In this document: in pieces, positions 57,935 to 64,000 of the stretch
How the letters are laid out: every line of letters begins with the position of its first letter
Numbering within the stretch: position 1 is the stretch's first letter
Position numbers and translations under genes: made by a program
Notes under the pieces: generated by a model
What the model was told of the DNA's origin: nothing
The model's database searches: none
What the model saw: the letters and a program-made list of their open reading frames with translations, nothing else
Source: a bacterium
GTDB taxonomy: Bacteria; Patescibacteriota; Minisyncoccia; Phycocordibacterales; UBA9973
Direction of reading: 5' to 3'
Assembly: GCA_037143195.1 (NCBI GenBank)
Contig: JBAWZD010000003.1
Coordinates: 5,333-69,332 of the forward strand
Length of the DNA: 64,000 nucleotides

Positions 57935-59746
57935 ATGACACGTCTACAAAAATTATTGAGCGTTCTCGCTGTGCTTAGTATTCTCGCCGTCAGTTTGTAT
58001 GTATCAGCAAAGCACCGAGTAACCCAATCGGTAGACACTTCAAATCAGTCCGCGGTTACAACCACAACAACACCGACAACTCCTGAGGTAAATCCAAACG
58101 ATATCAAAATCGATGCGGGTACGAATTACGGTCTCTTAGATCCAAAGATGGCGGTATATCCAGATTCTGTTCAGTATCGAGACCTCGCCGATATTACAAC
58201 AGGAGAATACGCAGGGTACCATCATGTCATGGCTTTCTTTATCGAAGGCCCAGGTGGTCCGACAATATATTCTTTCATCTCAAAAGATTACAAAACGTTT
58301 CTGCTTGATAGTACTGAGACGGTAGATTTTGGTGAAGGATCAATCATCGACACCCAAAAAGTTACTGGTACGGCAGTCATTCCGTCGCTTTTCCCTGAAA
58401 CAATCGTTCGAGGGAATTTCGTCTACGTTCGCAGCAGTCCATTTGAAGATGTTCCGAAGATGAATGAGTTACACCAGATCACGTCGCTCATTCCGGGCCT
58501 TACCATGTACAATCAAGATTCGCCGTTTAATACTCGTCCTCCGTACGAAGGTGATGGAACACCTCTTGATGTGCAAGCAGGTAGAAAAATGACCATGCAA
58601 GCGAACATTGTAGTGAATGATGGTACCAATCTTTTTTATCTCTACACTTTCAAAACAAAAGAAATGTATGATCGCCAGCAAAAATACCAAGCAACAAATA
58701 AGTATGGCGAGGATTATGCTGACTTATATACCGCGAACGATCTTGCAATGAGTGGAGCACACTATTCTACATATGGAGGTACTTTCCCCGGTGCATGTGG
58801 AGCAACGGGGAACACTTACGCACTTTCGGGTGTGGCAGATTCTGACTTCGTGCAAATCGGAACGACAAAAGCTGGCGTTGCGCTCTATGTACCAAAAGAT
58901 GCGAACAGTCTTTTAAACAAAGCGGAATACTATCAGAAAGTCGATGCGTTTAATCAGGGTGATCCTAGTTATAGAAAATATTATCTTGATGAAAACAAAT
59001 TAAGCGCATTTCCGACATACGAAGAATATGTTGCCAAAAATCCACTGCTTGCATTCAAGGACGCATTTGGACGCTGGATTGGGGTGGGTGAGTTTGAGTA
59101 TCAACTCCCCGGGGGATGTGGGAAGCCCGTGATTTATTTGTACCCACCGAAGCCAACAGCGGTCTCTGTGTCATTTCTAACTCACGTGAAAATTGATCGC
59201 GCGATTCCTTCATACACAAACAAATGGAATGTTGAAGCGTATCCCGACGGCACCTTGCGTGACCTACAACCAAACGCGACGAATTGTGCGACGATCGATT
59301 ACTCACTTCCGGGAGGTGACTACGCGAAAGAGGCATGTCCGAAAGCGACGTATCCCTATTTGTATTGGTCAGGGAATACGCAGAATGTGTATCCACAGCC
59401 GACGACTGGGTGGGTCGTCTCAAAGGATGAGCTCGCACAGCTCCTTGCTTCGAAGCTCACCGATATGGGCCTGAGTGAAAAGGAGAAAGATGACATGACA
59501 AGCTACTGGGTTCCAGAAATGCTTGCGAAAAATGCACCGTACTATCGTGTGTCATTCATTCAAACAAAAGACATGAATGCGTTTATCCCAATGCAGGTTA
59601 CCCCAACTCCAGATACCGTCTTCCGTATTTTCCTCGATTGGCAACCACTTTCAAAAAAACCAACAACTTCGCTTGCTCCTGAAAAAATTGACCGTCTCGA
59701 TCGTAGTGGCTTTACACTTGTTGAGTGGGGAGGGCTCCGTCAGTAG
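57935..59746 (+). CDS. Membrane-anchored hypothetical protein
   Basis: N-terminal TM helix 'LLSVLAVLSILAVSLYV'. 603-aa extracytoplasmic domain. Confidence 0.55.
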   Translation: MTRLQKLLSVLAVLSILAVSLYVSAKHRVTQSVDTSNQSAVTTTTTPTTPEVNPNDIKIDAGTNYGLLDPKMAVYPDSVQYRDLADITTGEYAGYHHVMAFFIEGPGGPTIYSFISKDYKTFLLDSTETVDFGEGSIIDTQKVTGTAVIPSLFPETIVRGNFVYVRSSPFEDVPKMNELHQITSLIPGLTMYNQDSPFNTRPPYEGDGTPLDVQAGRKMTMQANIVVNDGTNLFYLYTFKTKEMYDRQQKYQATNKYGEDYADLYTANDLAMSGAHYSTYGGTFPGACGATGNTYALSGVADSDFVQIGTTKAGVALYVPKDANSLLNKAEYYQKVDAFNQGDPSYRKYYLDENKLSAFPTYEEYVAKNPLLAFKDAFGRWIGVGEFEYQLPGGCGKPVIYLYPPKPTAVSVSFLTHVKIDRAIPSYTNKWNVEAYPDGTLRDLQPNATNCATIDYSLPGGDYAKEACPKATYPYLYWSGNTQNVYPQPTTGWVVSKDELAQLLASKLTDMGLSEKEKDDMTSYWVPEMLAKNAPYYRVSFIQTKDMNAFIPMQVTPTPDTVFRIFLDWQPLSKKPTTSLAPEKIDRLDRSGFTLVEWGGLRQ

Positions 59747-59790
59747 TCAAAGCTCAGTGAATAATTTTCTGTTGTTGTAATAATGACATA

Positions 59791-59825
59791 AAAAAGCCCC
59801 CCGCAAAAAAATGCGGGGGGCTTTG
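59791..59825. terminator. Bidirectional terminator
   Basis: AAAAAGCCCCCCGCA-aaaaaaa-TGCGGGGGGCTTT between convergent genes. Confidence 0.7.
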
Positions 59826-59860
59826 GAATTGTTCACACAATTTTTTTGCCGCTGTGAAGC

Positions 59861-60370
59861 TCAAGCTTCACAGAAATACAAGATGCAGTCGTCTACATCG
59901 AGTTCAACCTCGGTCTTACCGAGGCCGAACTCGAATTTCCCATCCGAGAGATGTCTCGCGTAGGGGTAATTAATTTTACCCTCGCCGTCTATCCATAGGT
60001 TTTTAACTTCGTCCAAGAACAAAACGTATCCTAGGGGGAAAAGCCCGGCCCCTTTTTCAAAAGTGAGGGCGAGCCCGTGTGTTCCGAAGAACAATGCGGG
60101 CTCATTTTCCTGCAAAAGATTGATGCATGTCTCAAAAGGAACTTGCTGAAGAAGTGGGCGCATCCTAGCCGTGTACGTTTTTCCTAGCCGGGGTCTGTTC
60201 TCTGTGGTGTTCCAATTCTTACTGCATATATTTTTGTTAAAATGGTATGCTGTAGTTGGAACATTCGCAGTCTTAGTAAATTCATCGATGGCTGTTGTCG
60301 GGTTATATCCCTCCGCAACTGCCACAGTGAATTCCACAATAATCGGTCCGAATACTTTATCAAAGTCCAT
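59861..60370 (-). CDS. Hypothetical protein
   Basis: 169-aa ORF. No motif recognised. Confidence 0.45.
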   Translation of the reverse strand: MDFDKVFGPIIVEFTVAVAEGYNPTTAIDEFTKTANVPTTAYHFNKNICSKNWNTTENRPRLGKTYTARMRPLLQQVPFETCINLLQENEPALFFGTHGLALTFEKGAGLFPLGYVLFLDEVKNLWIDGEGKINYPYARHLSDGKFEFGLGKTEVELDVDDCILYFCEA

Positions 60371-60554
60371 TCGTTTTTAAGTTTTTAATGCCTACTCTAG
60401 ATTCCGTTTTTGGCGTTCCCGGAAATGGCTTGTGTGCACATTAAATATATTATACTATGAAATTAGTATAATTGTCAATACCTCTGTATTTCTCAAGATA
60501 TTTGCAACATGGATTACAAGCGCGAGAATATGGTACCATTTTGAGGTACGGTAT

Positions 60555-60698
60555 ATGACAGCAAAGACTCCGAAACAAACAACCGAAGATGAACTGAAAA
60601 AAATTCTTGCTGATTACAAGAAGGAACTGAATGCTCTCAAAAGTAAACAGGATGCTTTGTTTGTGGAAGACCAGCTCTTAGATGATTTGAAGAAATAA
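60555..60698 (+). CDS. Small hypothetical protein
   Basis: 'MTAKTPKQTTEDELKKILADYKKELNALKSKQDALFVEDQLLDDLKK' with a GAGG RBS. Its stop lies 4 nt before the start of the giant ORF. Confidence 0.35.
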   Translation: MTAKTPKQTTEDELKKILADYKKELNALKSKQDALFVEDQLLDDLKK

Positions 60699-60702
60699 TA
60701 CG

Positions 60703-63700
60703 ATGCCTCATAACGAAGATATTCATGACACAATGAATTTAAACGAACAAAACTCTTCTCCTGAGAATACTTCTTCGTCGTCAAGTGCACCTGAGTCAAA
60801 CACTCCTGTATCAGTTGAGGCTGGACTTGAGAGCCTTGAGTCGATGATGCAAGAAATCGAAATACTTGAAAATTCGATTGAGGCAAAAGCACAGAAGGGG
60901 ATGATAGAAGCGGGATCACCTCATGCACGAGAGAAACACTCAAAAATTCTTCAAGCCTTGGGAGAGAAAAAAAATGCTTTCCTTAAAAAAATTTCAGACA
61001 AATTTGCTCAAGCGACTGAAAAGATAGTTGCACCATTTCGAGATCGTCGTATTGAAAAAGATGCAGTCCGATTTCGCGAGAAACTCGATGAGAGTGTCGC
61101 GATGAAGAAATATGATGCGTGTCCAGAATTAAATCCTGAATTTGTGCAGCTCAAAGAGACGGCCCGTGCGGAATTCCGTGCGTATGAAGCATCCATCACT
61201 TCGATGTTAAGCACGCTCGAAACGGAAACGTGGGGGAAGTCAAAAAATAAAGAGGCGGCGTTTCGCGCCGCGGATTTATTTCTCAATAGTCTTATGAGTC
61301 GAGCGACTCTCGTTGATGACGAGGAAATGGTATTTCGAGCGCTTTCAATTCATGAAAAAATGTCTGCGACGAAGCAGGTCAAAACTGATTCTCATGTGGA
61401 CCAATCTTTGTATTCGATGGTAGTTTATTTGCGTAAAAAACATGTACAGATTGAGGAGGGGTCTCTCGCGGAGGTTTATCGTAACAATCCGTATCTTATT
61501 CTCACGGATATCCGCCGACATTCGTCGTTCGATAGAGAGATGACGCCCCTGATCACGAAGTGCGTCGATCGCATTATCGAGGATCATCCAAACGGCGCAC
61601 GATTACCGAGTATTGCCACGCAACAATTTGAAGCTGCGTTGAAGTTACAACCAGAAAAATATGCGCTTGATACACAAAAGCGCACGATGATTTTTGAGAC
61701 CATCAAGCAAAGCGAATCTTCTAGTCATTTCATGAATAAGCTTGCAGATAAGCGGCATTTCTTTGGAAGAGAATTAGCCGGTCTTTCGTCCGAAGAAATT
61801 CATTCATATATTAAGCCAATGTCGTCATGGGATATTCAAAACATTGGGATTACTTCGAATTTGATTTCACTTCCACTCAACGAGTCACATTTTTCAGTTC
61901 TCTATTCGAAATTAAACGATCGTCAGATCTCGGGTAAACAAAAGCCCTATTCCAAAGAGGCATTTCTTTCTCTGTTGGTAGATGTTCCATCTGGCGATAA
62001 TAAAGAGTATTCAATCCCACTTTTTAACCATGAATATTTTGATTTAGATCCGGCTACGCGCCTTGATTATTTTAAAAAGCGAGTAGCCCAAGGTAGCCCG
62101 TATTTTTCATTATTGCACAGTACTTTTTCGCATTTTCAAACTTTGTTTGCTGGTATTAAAGAGGAAGACTATCGTGAAGAAGTCAATAATTTAATCACGC
62201 TTGCGATACGATCGAATATCGCGGATATACGAGCTCTGTGGACTTTGCTACCAGAATACGATATCCCCGGAGAATACAAACAAAAGGCGATAGAGGCATT
62301 CGCTCATTCTGTGAGTAGAAATGACAGCAACACATTTAAGCAATTATTCGCTGGACAGGGAGGAAGTGAGCTGTCATGGCACCGAGAGTGGCTCAAAGGA
62401 AATAGTGAGATACTTTCTGAGCTTGAGAAGGAATTTTATAAAGAAGGTAGACCAAACGACCTCCGTCACTTTTTCTACGAGGTTCTTAGCGGAAAACGGA
62501 CGAGTGTCGACTTCGATTTACTGGTGAGAGAGTACGCCCAAAAAGATGACGAAATAACGACCGAAGAAATCGTTGACCTCTTCTACGTACAGAAAAAAAT
62601 TCCAGAATCTTACCTGCCGCTTTTTATGCCGAAATTAGATAGTGCGCCTCGGTTTCTCTCACAGATTGACGACCTTGTGCGTCTTGGCGATATCCCAAAA
62701 GAAGAATATTCACGCATTATACTAAGCGGAATCGAATTTGGCGGTGCGTTATTTGCAGATAAGTTACTTGAATACTCGCTTGAGGAGAATCTTATTCCCG
62801 ATGACAAACGTGCAGGTGTTTTTAAAACATTTGCTCAAAGTCTCGCGAAACATGTGGAAGATAATCCACAAAACGCACCGATAAATTTTGTCATCCAGTG
62901 GATGACAAAAAATAATGCATATGAAAAGATTACCGATGAAGAAAAAACGCTTTTGTTTAAAGGCATATTCGACAACCTTGAATCTCGTCATTTGCATTTA
63001 GATATCGTTTCCATGGCTTCGTGTGGGCCTGCCAGCTATGATTTTTTTGATCGAGCCTTTCCTGACTCAGACGAAAAGCGTGCTTTCGTGGAAAAGATTT
63101 TTGAAAGTAACGACCCACGTGTCAATAGGGAATTATTTTTTGACTATTGGTCAAACCAGCTCATCGACCAGAGTGGTACGGGAAGTCAAACCAATCCGAT
63201 ATTTGCGCTTCTTACGAAAGAACGTATCGATAAAGTTTTTGACAAGGGTTTGGAGCTTGGGAATCTCCGTTTGTCTAACGAGTACCTGAATTATTTTGAA
63301 GTACTTTCGGATGATCAGAAGAACCGATTCTTTGAAGCACAGCTCAAGAAAGAAGATCTTTTTTCAAAGGATGATGATACAAGTGAAATTAAACAGTTCT
63401 GCGTTCGAATGGGCAAGAGAATTATGAGTGGCATTTCTCCTGATACTCAGCAGGCTTTGTATTTAAAGTTATTTTCAAGTGAATTCGTTACCCCAGAGGC
63501 GCTCTTTGAAATCGGTTGTTCGGATTTATTCCCAGAGGGGAATACGGCCATTTTTGCTGAATATTTGCGTACGATTGAAGCAAAAGGTGACTCGCCATTT
63601 TGTCTCAAAATACTCAACTACTATACATCTCAAGATACCAACAAACTGTCCGCTGAACAGGTCAAAAATTTGTCTCTAAAAATTTTGAGCGGGGGAGATC

Positions 63701-64000
63701 TCGATGGGTTGATGTACCAAATGTATTTAGACTCGACTCCTACTTCACCTAAGTTTTATCTTGATGCAGAGGTGCTTACAAAGGCCGTGGACAAAATGCT
63801 TGTAAATATTTTCGACAAGAATAGTATTGCCAAACTCCTTCTGTTTCTAAACAAGCAGAGAGCGACTCAAGGTCAAGAAGGTCTTGTTACGTTGTCGTCA
63901 GAACAAGAATCTTCTCTTGTGAAAGCTGCTCTCGGTTCAGTTAACTGTCCGGTGAGTGGATATGAGCAATTGTATGATTTTGATCCAGAGAAATTTGCGG
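60703..64000 (+). CDS. Giant hypothetical protein, 3'-truncated by the window end (at least 1099 codons)
   Basis: Frame 1 is open from the ATG at 60703 to position 64000 with no stop. It is absent from the ORF track because no stop falls inside the window. Helical-repeat-like composition. Confidence 0.6.
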   Translation, partial: MPHNEDIHDTMNLNEQNSSPENTSSSSSAPESNTPVSVEAGLESLESMMQEIEILENSIEAKAQKGMIEAGSPHAREKHSKILQALGEKKNAFLKKISDKFAQATEKIVAPFRDRRIEKDAVRFREKLDESVAMKKYDACPELNPEFVQLKETARAEFRAYEASITSMLSTLETETWGKSKNKEAAFRAADLFLNSLMSRATLVDDEEMVFRALSIHEKMSATKQVKTDSHVDQSLYSMVVYLRKKHVQIEEGSLAEVYRNNPYLILTDIRRHSSFDREMTPLITKCVDRIIEDHPNGARLPSIATQQFEAALKLQPEKYALDTQKRTMIFETIKQSESSSHFMNKLADKRHFFGRELAGLSSEEIHSYIKPMSSWDIQNIGITSNLISLPLNESHFSVLYSKLNDRQISGKQKPYSKEAFLSLLVDVPSGDNKEYSIPLFNHEYFDLDPATRLDYFKKRVAQGSPYFSLLHSTFSHFQTLFAGIKEEDYREEVNNLITLAIRSNIADIRALWTLLPEYDIPGEYKQKAIEAFAHSVSRNDSNTFKQLFAGQGGSELSWHREWLKGNSEILSELEKEFYKEGRPNDLRHFFYEVLSGKRTSVDFDLLVREYAQKDDEITTEEIVDLFYVQKKIPESYLPLFMPKLDSAPRFLSQIDDLVRLGDIPKEEYSRIILSGIEFGGALFADKLLEYSLEENLIPDDKRAGVFKTFAQSLAKHVEDNPQNAPINFVIQWMTKNNAYEKITDEEKTLLFKGIFDNLESRHLHLDIVSMASCGPASYDFFDRAFPDSDEKRAFVEKIFESNDPRVNRELFFDYWSNQLIDQSGTGSQTNPIFALLTKERIDKVFDKGLELGNLRLSNEYLNYFEVLSDDQKNRFFEAQLKKEDLFSKDDDTSEIKQFCVRMGKRIMSGISPDTQQALYLKLFSSEFVTPEALFEIGCSDLFPEGNTAIFAEYLRTIEAKGDSPFCLKILNYYTSQDTNKLSAEQVKNLSLKILSGGDLDGLMYQMYLDSTPTSPKFYLDAEVLTKAVDKMLVNIFDKNSIAKLLLFLNKQRATQGQEGLVTLSSEQESSLVKAALGSVNCPVSGYEQLYDFDPEKFA

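Noticed and set aside
1-64000. CRISPR arrays and rRNA genes
   Set aside because: No regularly spaced short direct repeats with unique spacers were seen. No 16S/23S/5S-like conserved blocks were seen. The only repeats are coding low-complexity tracts and the tRNA-derived duplications.

Overview
This 64-kb window looks like a small-genome, Patescibacteria/CPR-like bacterium. The evidence is many secreted or membrane hypothetical proteins, a pilM-pilN-pilO cluster, scattered single tRNAs, and no rRNA or CRISPR. About 75 protein-coding genes can be supported. Housekeeping genes are ruvA, rpsT, pyrE/pyrD, a comF-like phosphoribosyltransferase, fumC, ruvX, rplS, msrB/msrA, an RluA-family pseudouridine synthase, an inositol monophosphatase and an Fpg-family glycosylase. 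Regulators are a TrmB-family regulator, a histidine kinase/OmpR pair, an orphan OmpR regulator and a MarR regulator. There is also a MarR-HlyD-HlyD-MFS efflux operon, a Phd-MazF toxin-antitoxin pair, and six tRNAs: Arg, Ser, Arg, Val, Leu and His. The most notable structures are described in the findings. (1) A roughly 7.8-kb lower-GC integrative island abuts tRNA-His; its large serine recombinase overlaps the tRNA 3' end, and it also carries an excisionase-like HTH, a phage terminase small subunit and an uncharacterised three-gene module (KAP-type P-loop NTPase, membrane protein, HExxH protein) that is a candidate novel defence-like system. (2) Two tandem paralogous cysteine-rich proteins of about 570 aa share an upstream motif and sit next to msrBA. 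(3) A 20-bp direct repeat of the tRNA-Leu 3' end brackets a 193-bp GC-rich insert. (4) A perfect consensus sigma70 promoter drives a long structured leader or sRNA in an AT-rich segment bounded by tRNA-Ser. (5) A shared Fn3-like double module is found in three surface proteins. (6) A giant ORF of at least 1099 codons runs off the window end. All calls come from reading the sequence and from motif recognition. No database searches were run.
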